DNA of 64,000 nucleotides from Deltaproteobacteria bacterium (GTDB lineage Bacteria; Desulfobacterota; Desulfovibrionia; Desulfovibrionales; Desulfovibrionaceae), in contig JAISBT010000077.1 in assembly GCA_031266055.1 (NCBI GenBank), forward strand, positions 2,278 to 66,277. The letters are read 5' to 3'. The position numbers and the translations under genes were made by a program. Below are positions 49,096 to 56,497 of the stretch, one piece after another. The number at the start of each line of letters is the position of its first letter. The first letter of the stretch is position 1. Under the pieces are notes generated by a model that saw nothing but the letters and a program-made list of their open reading frames with translations, was not told the origin of the DNA and did not search any database.

Positions 49096-50835
49096 TCACG
49101 GCTTGCGAGAGTCAGCCAACCCGGTATGCCCATCTCCGTCACCAGACGAGAGGGCAAGATGTTTCCGAACCTGCAGGGCAATCCAGACGCTCAATTTTGT
49201 TTGAATGTCGTTCAAGTCGATGTTCAAAATTTCTTTAATTTTCTCAATGCGATACTTTACAGTATTTCTATGGAGACCTGTGTTTCTGTATATATCTGAG
49301 AGATTTTGATTGTAAAACAGATAGGTTTCAAGTGTTTCGTAATAATCTTCCTTATGTTTTATTCTGGATGCCATAAAATGCCCCAGAACATCACCGCAGA
49401 AATTTTTGGCCCTTGTTTTGTCCTGCATGATGCCGTCCAACAGACTGTAATATTGGACGATTGGGTATTGTCCTGTATCGGAGAGAGACATTCGTGACAA
49501 TTCAAACCGTGCCGCTATCCGAATTGACGCTACAGCTTCATCAAAGCTCAAGCGCAGACTGACGATGCCAGCCCCAGGCCGCCCGACGCCGAGCCGGAAC
49601 TTAGGCAAATTTTTCTGGCTTTCCAATCGGCTCAGGACATATCCAAAACGCTCCTGGAATCCTGTTTTCACTATTTTTTGCTTTTTAGAGATTCTATCAT
49701 CAAGTATATGACAAAAGATGACTATTGAAGAATGATGTCGAATTACAAGAACATCTGGATCAATTGAACGCAGAGATTCAGAGAGTCGTGATATATGCGT
49801 ATCGTTTATGAAACCGACTGAAGATTCAGATCCCACAAGTTGGGCAACAACACAAAAGGAAGGAGTTTCGTAGTCGAAACCATATAGCTTGGCGCGGTTC
49901 TCGGCTTCGTTTTTTCGGATGGGATCAATTATGGCATTGAATAGTTCAAGGCGGATTTCGTCCTGAATCTCATAGGTTGAATCTTTCAAGGCAACAAGGG
50001 CAGTGGTATTTACTGCTACCCGCATCAGCAAAAGATCGTCGGCATCAAATTCTTTGTTGACTTGAATGACTGAGATATACCCATAAAAATGACGGCTAAT
50101 TTCAACGGGAAAGGTGAGCTGCCGATATTCCTTATTTTGCACGAAGAATTCGTGTTCTATAAACCGCAGTCCCCATGTAGGGATGGTTTTGTAGCTTGTT
50201 GGCCTGCTTAGCTTTGCGAAAATTTGTGACACGCAGCTTGCATCGCGTCGAGATGACAATATTTGACTTTCATGTGGTTTTTGGCTGTCACACGCGCTGA
50301 CAAGATTCATATTGGGTGTTTCGAGCAGAACGGGGTTGTTGAACGCTTCAGATAACGCCCGGACAAATTCCGGCATCCATCCTTCCACTGTTGCAAGGGT
50401 AATCTCCGAAAATGTATCCAGAACTTTTTTAAGAGTATCCGCCTTACCGGCAAGGATGCGGGTGATAATTTCCTCTCCCACTGCCGGCAATGAAAGGTCG
50501 TCATCCATCTCAATGATCGGAAAACTGTTCCAGTCGCCTATCTCCAGAAGGAATTGGGGAATTTTACCATTGTAAATCGAGCGTTTAATGCCGAGGGCAG
50601 AAGCGCCGGATTCTATCAGGGATTTGACCCAGGAGGATATTTCTTCTTCCGAGTGGGAGTCGGAAGCAAAGGACATCATGGACATGATGAATTCACCTCC
50701 TTTCATCCAAAGATAAAAATCAAAGCGTTCAGCCACATTCCAGCCCTGAACGGTTCTGTTAAGCCCAGAACGACCAGAAAGGACATGGCATCTTGAAAGA
50801 GATGGCAACTTCAATATTTCACCGACTGTCACCAT
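49096..50835 (-). CDS. PucR-family transcriptional regulator
   Basis: The N-terminal VTVGEILKLPSLSRCHVLSGRSGLNRTVQGWNVAE is PucR N-domain-like. The C-terminal LETYLFYNQNLSDIYRNTGLHRNTVKYRIEKIKEILNIDLND is a PucR_C HTH. AAGGAG RBS before ATG 50835. Confidence 0.85.
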   Translation of the reverse strand: MVTVGEILKLPSLSRCHVLSGRSGLNRTVQGWNVAERFDFYLWMKGGEFIMSMMSFASDSHSEEEISSWVKSLIESGASALGIKRSIYNGKIPQFLLEIGDWNSFPIIEMDDDLSLPAVGEEIITRILAGKADTLKKVLDTFSEITLATVEGWMPEFVRALSEAFNNPVLLETPNMNLVSACDSQKPHESQILSSRRDASCVSQIFAKLSRPTSYKTIPTWGLRFIEHEFFVQNKEYRQLTFPVEISRHFYGYISVIQVNKEFDADDLLLMRVAVNTTALVALKDSTYEIQDEIRLELFNAIIDPIRKNEAENRAKLYGFDYETPSFCVVAQLVGSESSVGFINDTHISRLSESLRSIDPDVLVIRHHSSIVIFCHILDDRISKKQKIVKTGFQERFGYVLSRLESQKNLPKFRLGVGRPGAGIVSLRLSFDEAVASIRIAARFELSRMSLSDTGQYPIVQYYSLLDGIMQDKTRAKNFCGDVLGHFMASRIKHKEDYYETLETYLFYNQNLSDIYRNTGLHRNTVKYRIEKIKEILNIDLNDIQTKLSVWIALQVRKHLALSSGDGDGHTGLADSRKP

Positions 50836-50921
50836 GAATTTCTCCTTATTATGCGTTATACTGAAATAACCGGCACAAACCCTTCCATGGTTGACCCACA
50901 CCGGAAATAAACGATTGGCAG

Positions 50922-51057
50922 ACGTAATTACGTTAAATTATTTGACTTATCGGTTTTGTTTTTTTGTTAATCTGTTTTTTACCGTTTTGTTTTTTTTTGA
51001 AATTTGATTTTTTGGCGTTTTGATGTTTTGTCAATTTGTTTTTTTGATTTTAAGGAT
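50922..51057. promoter_or_regulatory. Divergent control region: 12-bp palindrome ACGTAATTACGT plus about 100 bp of roughly helically phased T-tracts
   Basis: Palindrome at 50922-50933. T4-T9 runs start near 50953, 50958, 50975, 50985, 50990, 51008, 51018, 51026, 51039 and 51048. Lies between the divergent PucR-like and Rep-like genes. Confidence 0.6.
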
Positions 51058-51270
51058 ATTTATCATATAAAAACAAAACGTTATATGGCACATCTTCACC
51101 TGGTTGTCACATGGAAAATTCGGCTGAACCCGTTATTGTAGGAGAGCACGCAAAAGAAATACGTTGTATTGTAGGAAACCCCTTCAAATTTATTATCTTG
51201 CATTTTTTACGTTCCCGACCTCATTTCATGAGGGAAATGAGCACCCTCGTTTGTAACTGTGAGGGAACTT

Positions 51271-52668
51271 ATGAGCGACACAAACAGATATGCCTCTTCT
51301 GGCGGCAATACTTTGCCGTCAGAATCCTCCCTGAATTCAGAAAATTCTCCATATCCACCATATCCGATGGCTGAGGAAGGTTCATCGTTTGGGGACGCCG
51401 CTCCAGTAAAAACAAGTTTCGAGCGGTTCCCTGATGAATCACGCCTTTGTCCTTTACCTGTTCACGACCTGTCCAATATACCTGTCCAGGACCTGTCTTC
51501 AGCACCTGTTCACCACCTGTCCAGCATTGACGTGAACACGGGTAAGACAGGTGGTGGACAGGTGCTGAACACCTCAACTGGACAGGTGGTGAACAGTTCA
51601 ACCAGACAGGTGGTGGACAGTCCTGATGACTCGCCTGAGCCGTTTTATCTTCTCCGTAAGAATATGGCTTCGTGGACAGACAACCAAATCAAGGTGTTAG
51701 GCATGTTCAGGCAATGCAGGCACTGCGTTACCAACCATAAGGCAATCGGGGAAAAGCTTGGAATACCCTATGGAACAGTGAGAAATATCATCCGCAGGTT
51801 GACCAGTACCGGGCTCATTCGCTCAGAACCATACATAAATGCGGCTATCCGGGGCATTGAGGTGTGGTACTGCGGATCTGCCCCCTGTCCTTTTGTTCCG
51901 GATTCTTCAGGCATGGCACAAAGCCCTCGGATCGAAGATGAACAGGCCGGATGCACAGCTCCTGAACAGCATGTTAGGACAGGTGCTGAACACCTGACTT
52001 GGACAGGTGGTGAACAACTCGCATATAAGGAAGATAGAAAGAAAGAATATGGAATAGAAATACAAGAAAAGAATCAATCTATCGTAACTCTTGCAAAGGG
52101 TCAGATTAACGAACTATGGCCCAGCATGGGCAAGGCCGGACTTTTCGCGTCGCACATCAGGGAAGTCTTGGCTGCGATGGTAATTCAAGGAATTGAGGAA
52201 AAACCCGAGAAAATCATTGCTCAATCTTTGCGCTTTATAGATTGGCAACTCTCCCAAGGAGCGCTTAAAGACAAGCATGGAAAAGAGGTTCTTGACCCCG
52301 TGGCTTATTGGCGCGCCGCAATGAAAAGCAACGGTTTCTATCAGAAACCGCCGGGGTACATAGACCCGGAAGTGTTGGCTCTGCAACAGCTTTCCGAGGA
52401 AGGAGAAGCGAAGGTTAAAGCCATGTACGCTCTGGCCCAGCAACGCGCGGAGATGGAAAAAGCTGCCCGTAGAACAGAACTCGACGCTATCCTGCAATCG
52501 CTTGCCGACGAAGGTGAAAACCATCGCCTCTGGCCTCAAGTGCATGCAGCTTGGACGGAAAACGTCCGGCTTGAAGTAAAGAAAAATCCCCAGGCCATTC
52601 TCAGCAGCCCGGGGATTGCCGCGGCAACTAGGATTTACCTGAGAAAACTCTACGACTGGCCTGATTGA
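51271..52668 (+). CDS. Winged-helix DNA-binding protein, candidate replication/maintenance initiator of the element (function unverified)
   Basis: Long ORF (51259-52668, ATG at 51271 behind GAGGG). HTH-like segment LGIPYGTVRNIIRRLTSTGLIRSE. Iteron-like repeats lie inside its 5' third. Confidence 0.6.
   Translation: MSDTNRYASSGGNTLPSESSLNSENSPYPPYPMAEEGSSFGDAAPVKTSFERFPDESRLCPLPVHDLSNIPVQDLSSAPVHHLSSIDVNTGKTGGGQVLNTSTGQVVNSSTRQVVDSPDDSPEPFYLLRKNMASWTDNQIKVLGMFRQCRHCVTNHKAIGEKLGIPYGTVRNIIRRLTSTGLIRSEPYINAAIRGIEVWYCGSAPCPFVPDSSGMAQSPRIEDEQAGCTAPEQHVRTGAEHLTWTGGEQLAYKEDRKKEYGIEIQEKNQSIVTLAKGQINELWPSMGKAGLFASHIREVLAAMVIQGIEEKPEKIIAQSLRFIDWQLSQGALKDKHGKEVLDPVAYWRAAMKSNGFYQKPPGYIDPEVLALQQLSEEGEAKVKAMYALAQQRAEMEKAARRTELDAILQSLADEGENHRLWPQVHAAWTENVRLEVKKNPQAILSSPGIAAATRIYLRKLYDWPD
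51458..51620. repeat. Iteron-like array: three inverted then three or four direct copies of a 17-nt word on a 24-bp register
   Basis: Inverted copies: CTGTTCACGACCTGTCC (51458-51474), a degenerate copy (51480-51498) and CTGTTCACCACCTGTCC (51506-51522). Direct copies: AGACAGGTGGTGGACAG (51545-51561), GGACAGGTGCTGAACAC (51556-51572), GGACAGGTGGTGAACAG (51580-51596) and AGACAGGTGGTGGACAG (51604-51620). Confidence 0.9.
51977..52017 (+). repeat. Two further direct copies of the iteron-like word
   Basis: GGACAGGTGCTGAACAC (51977-51993) and GGACAGGTGGTGAACAA (52001-52017), again 24 bp apart. Confidence 0.88.
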
Positions 52669-52671
52669 TAG

Positions 52672-53262
52672 TCACCCTTTCCGTAGTTCATAAATTTTGC
52701 TGATAACGGCAGCTTTTATGGGTTTGGATGGCAGCACCGCCATGTAATAATCCCTGAACACCCCATCCTCAAAAAATTCCATGTTCAGCGCGAGGTCGTT
52801 TTTCTCGTTCCTGACCCGAGCCAGCAGTTTCTTCCGTAATTTTGAAAACTCCGTGTGCTGGCACATTATTTCAGCCCGCACCGCCTCATATTCTCTGTAT
52901 ATCCGTTTGTCGGCCATGGTCACTTTCAACCTGCCGGGGAGCCGCTCCCTGGAAATGCCACTTGGAGTATTGTCCCATGAAACCTTTGATTTTGGCGGTT
53001 CCAACCCGGCCTTCCCCATTTCCTCCCTTTGTTTCTTGCTGAAAGTCACATAGTAGTACCTCACCCAATAAATGGAATGCGGGCACATATCACATGCCTT
53101 CAATTCGGCGCACCGGTCCAGATGCAAAGTCCAGCCGCATTTCCTCGTTGCCGGAAATCGGTTGTAAAACGCTCCCGCCAAGTCCTCCATGAGCACTTTC
53201 CATTCCTTCAACTCGGCTGAGACATCTTTCAGCATTTTATCCAGGTTCAGACCGGTTTCCAT
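52672..53262 (-). CDS. Hypothetical Cys-containing protein, oppositely oriented
   Basis: 196 aa from METGLNLDK (GGAGG RBS 8 nt upstream). Contains C...C-x6-C-x2-C (CGWTLHLDRCAELKACDMC). No family recognised. Confidence 0.55.
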   Translation of the reverse strand: METGLNLDKMLKDVSAELKEWKVLMEDLAGAFYNRFPATRKCGWTLHLDRCAELKACDMCPHSIYWVRYYYVTFSKKQREEMGKAGLEPPKSKVSWDNTPSGISRERLPGRLKVTMADKRIYREYEAVRAEIMCQHTEFSKLRKKLLARVRNEKNDLALNMEFFEDGVFRDYYMAVLPSKPIKAAVISKIYELRKG

Positions 53263-53354
53263 AGTTTTTACCTCCTGATGACAGGCAGCGGGAGGGAATA
53301 CCGCGCAATTTGCCTTCCCATATCTCCCGAACGGAAAAAGTGGAGGTAACAATC

Positions 53355-54197
53355 ATGGCAAATCAAGCGTTAGGAATTCCATTGTTAGCGATCCTTTTGG
53401 CGTTGTCGTCTCAACCGAACAAAGGAAGTGAGGCGGACAAAGTTGTACAGGAACCGCGGAAAGCAATTGAGGAGAGGACGGCCGGCTTGCATGTCCGGCA
53501 GCCTGATGAGGAACGCGCGTGGACTGATGCACTGCCTGACGCTCTGACGGTGCCAGCGCAAACGCGGGAACAGGGAAGGGAGACCGCTGAAAAGGCCGTA
53601 GACGCAGCCAAAGAGCAGCAAGGCTTGGTTCAGACCTACACGGAAAACATCTGGGCGAAAGTCCAATCGGAGTCCGAGGAAAAAGGCTTTCAGTACGATG
53701 AAGAATACCTTGAACGGCTAGCCGTGCAAAATCGGGAACAAAGCCTGTATGAGAACACGCATCTGTATGTTTTCATTTCCGAATCCGTGCCGGACATCAC
53801 GTTGCAAAATTATCAGAAAGCCATGGAAGGTAGCCCTGCGGCCTTTGTTCTGCGTGGGCTCATAGGCGACGACCCGTCGAAGTTTCAGCCCACACAAGCT
53901 TGGGTTCAGCGCATGCTTTGCGGTGATCCGCCTTATGAGGCAGGCAGCAAATGCTTCCTGAACCCCGTGGACATCAGTCCCAACCTGTTCAGGGCGTTCG
54001 GAATTGAGCAAGTTCCGGCTTTGGTTTACGTTCCTCATCCCGAACAAATTGCGTCCTGTGGCGAATCGCCCATGCCGGAGAAAGATTTCTTTGTATGGTA
54101 CGGCGATCTGGCTTCGTCCTATATCCTGGAAGAAATTCAGAAACTCCGTCCAGATGATCTGACGTTGCACTCCATCATTCAGAAGATCGGACGGTGA
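53355..54197 (+). CDS. trbC: TrbC-like (F-type) conjugative pilus assembly protein
   Basis: Signal peptide, then LYVFISESVPDITLQNY...AFVLRGL...NPVDISPNLFRAFGIEQVPALVYV, which resembles the TrbC_Ftype domain. Followed by a TraF-like gene. Confidence 0.65.
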   Translation: MANQALGIPLLAILLALSSQPNKGSEADKVVQEPRKAIEERTAGLHVRQPDEERAWTDALPDALTVPAQTREQGRETAEKAVDAAKEQQGLVQTYTENIWAKVQSESEEKGFQYDEEYLERLAVQNREQSLYENTHLYVFISESVPDITLQNYQKAMEGSPAAFVLRGLIGDDPSKFQPTQAWVQRMLCGDPPYEAGSKCFLNPVDISPNLFRAFGIEQVPALVYVPHPEQIASCGESPMPEKDFFVWYGDLASSYILEEIQKLRPDDLTLHSIIQKIGR

Positions 54198-55087
54198 AGA
54201 TCAGGTTAATCATGGGCATTATTGCCTGTTGCCTGCTGTGGTCGGACATCGGGGCAGCCGATACGGTCAGGTTGCCCAACCCGACATATTACACTGACCC
54301 GAATGTATGCCGTGGATGGTTCTGCTACGAAGATCCTACGCCGGTTAAAGTGCCTGAGCCCGATACTCTCGTAGAACAGCCAAAGAGGCGGAGTTTCACA
54401 GGCAAGGTTGACTGGGACTCGGTATGGATAATGCACCCCGATGATATGCGCGAATTGATCAATCAAGCATTGGCTTTTGCCCAGGAAAAACCGCAAGACG
54501 AGGAACGGATGGTAACGTATCTCAAACTCCAGGGCGTTGCCATGCACCGGGCGAAGAATTTCCAGGAAGCCTGGGCCTCGGCGCTGCTGAAATACCCCGT
54601 GCTGGACACCACGGTGCAGCGCGCGCCAACCCTGGCGGCAACAACCGCGGAAGTAGTGGCCGAAAGAGAAGAACGGGAAATCGCGATTCAGGCCATGCGG
54701 GAAAACATGGGCATCTTGTTTTTCTACTCACCGACTTGCCGATATTGCAGCCAGCAAAAGGAAATCCTGGAAAATTTCATTCAGAAGTGGGGCTGGAGAA
54801 ACATCACCGCCATCAATGTCCTTTCGTCACCTGACACTGCCCGGAAATACGGAGTGCAGTCCGTACCGGATCTATGGGTTGCCGGTAACATCAGGGGTGA
54901 AACAGTCCAACGCAGGCTCAAATCAGGTCTTGTTGAATTCCACGATCTCGAAAGGGGTCTTCTTCAAGCATGGAGCCTGTGGAATGACGGCAGGAACTAT
55001 GAGCGTCCCGTGATGACCCACCAGCTGCAGTCTTTTGAGGATTTCCTGCAGCCGGCCAAACAAGGAGGTTATCAAAAGTGGCATTGA
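54194..55087 (+). CDS. traF: TraF/TrbB-like thioredoxin-fold conjugal transfer protein (CxxC present)
   Basis: GILFFYSPTCRYCSQQKEILENF...YGVQSVPDLWV fits the TraF-like (thioredoxin) family pattern. GTG start overlapping the trbC stop. Confidence 0.75.
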   Translation: MKIRLIMGIIACCLLWSDIGAADTVRLPNPTYYTDPNVCRGWFCYEDPTPVKVPEPDTLVEQPKRRSFTGKVDWDSVWIMHPDDMRELINQALAFAQEKPQDEERMVTYLKLQGVAMHRAKNFQEAWASALLKYPVLDTTVQRAPTLAATTAEVVAEREEREIAIQAMRENMGILFFYSPTCRYCSQQKEILENFIQKWGWRNITAINVLSSPDTARKYGVQSVPDLWVAGNIRGETVQRRLKSGLVEFHDLERGLLQAWSLWNDGRNYERPVMTHQLQSFEDFLQPAKQGGYQKWH

Positions 55088-55587
55088 AGCCGATATGTAT
55101 ACTGGTCATAACCTATATTTTTATTTGTACGGCTTCAGCGGCCCACGCGAATGATAAACTGGCTGCGCATTTTGAAGACGGCTGCGGCATGTGGGGTGTT
55201 CCTCCATCACTGGCAATGGCCATCGCCAAGGTGGAAAGCGATTTTCGGCCTTTTACCATCAATGTACAGGGCAGGAGTCATTATATGAATGACAAGGAAA
55301 GCTCTTTGGCGTTGATAAAAAAAGCATCATCCAGCAGGCAATCCTATGATGTCGGATTGATGCAGATCAACTCATACTGGCTCAATAAGCTCAATCTTGA
55401 TCCCGCCGAAGTTCTTGATCCAAGAATCAACATCATCATCGGGTGCTGGATCCTCTCAGAAGAGTTGAAGCGGTATGGCATGAACTGGAAAGCCATAGGG
55501 GCTTACCATACTCCGGTCAATAAAAACCCGGAACGCGCCAGGACGTATGCCGATAAAGTCCTTAAAGCGTGGGAGGACTACAAATGA
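55078..55587 (+). CDS. Lytic transglycosylase (SLT domain), T4SS-associated
   Basis: AIAKVESDFRP (catalytic Glu), YDVGLMQINSYWL and AYHTP motifs. Signal peptide. Confidence 0.85.
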   Translation: MALKPICILVITYIFICTASAAHANDKLAAHFEDGCGMWGVPPSLAMAIAKVESDFRPFTINVQGRSHYMNDKESSLALIKKASSSRQSYDVGLMQINSYWLNKLNLDPAEVLDPRINIIIGCWILSEELKRYGMNWKAIGAYHTPVNKNPERARTYADKVLKAWEDYK

Positions 55588-55976
55588 TCGGTTATCTGCC
55601 CATCAACGAGGCCAGCGGCAAAGCGGGAATCACCATCTACATGCTGAATAAGCTCATTGAGGATGGAAAGGTTCGGGTCAAAGAGACATCCGACATCTCC
55701 AGACACAGTAATTCGAGGCTGCGTTACGTCTGCCTCCAGGATATTATCGACGCGCAATCAGATTTGGAACTGAGCTACATTGATATAAGCCGGGTTGGCT
55801 CCGTATATGGACTCACATCTAACGCGGTAAGACATCAGATAAAGAAGCACAGGCTCCGGTGGCGGCGTAATGGAGTTCACCTCCAACCATGCTCTTCCGA
55901 TCTGGATCTGTTCGTTCAGGACAGCAAGACCAAACCTGTAGGCAGGCCGAAAGGCACCTTGTCCGCTTCATCATAA
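55584..55976 (+). CDS. Hypothetical DNA-binding (HTH-like) protein
   Basis: The ATG overlaps the upstream stop (ATGA) behind GGGAGGA. INEASGKAGITIYMLNKLIEDGKV resembles an excisionase/MerR-type HTH. Followed by an intrinsic terminator. Confidence 0.55.
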   Translation: MIGYLPINEASGKAGITIYMLNKLIEDGKVRVKETSDISRHSNSRLRYVCLQDIIDAQSDLELSYIDISRVGSVYGLTSNAVRHQIKKHRLRWRRNGVHLQPCSSDLDLFVQDSKTKPVGRPKGTLSASS

Positions 55977-56032
55977 AGTCACGCCAGGCCACGCGCCGGA
56001 TTATCAGATACCCAACAACCAGAATGGATTTT

Positions 56033-56062
56033 AGGCGAGGCCGCAAGGCTTCGCCTTTTTTT
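56033..56062 (+). terminator. Rho-independent terminator
   Basis: AGGCGAGGCCGCAAGGCTTCGCCT stem-loop followed by TTTTTTT. Confidence 0.8.
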
Positions 56063-56497
56063 AGCTGTGCACCCGAATTTGATGGTGGAAGTCCTCTACC
56101 CGATCTTGGCCTTGTTCTTACCTACAAGTGGAAATAATTTTGGAAAACTTTTCTGAAACTTTGCCAAGCAAAATTTATTTATTCCAGGCTATTATATAAT
56201 ATATGGAAAGCATTTTGGAAAACTGAAGATAAAAATATGCTTAATAACACCGGCTTACGGATACACTCTTTTGGTCAATCTGCACAATTTTTCCAGTAAG
56301 AGCTATCAGGGACGTTCTGAAAACCCGAAAAACTCTGCTCTATCCCCTTGCCGCAACAAGCGCCGGAAAATAGTCAAACAGATAACCACCTGAAATCATA
56401 GAGAGGCGATTAACATTCTGGAACTATAGATGATTTAAGATGATTTGGGTTGTTTTGAATATTGACCATTTTCACCCGTTTTCTGTAATTCTGGTGG

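Noticed and set aside
51269-51601. 110-aa minus-strand ORF containing PVHHLS / TGGEQV-like words.
   Set aside because: It is a mirror artefact of the inverted iteron array. The same DNA words read on both strands give similar peptides. It has no RBS and lies antisense to a longer, RBS-preceded ORF.
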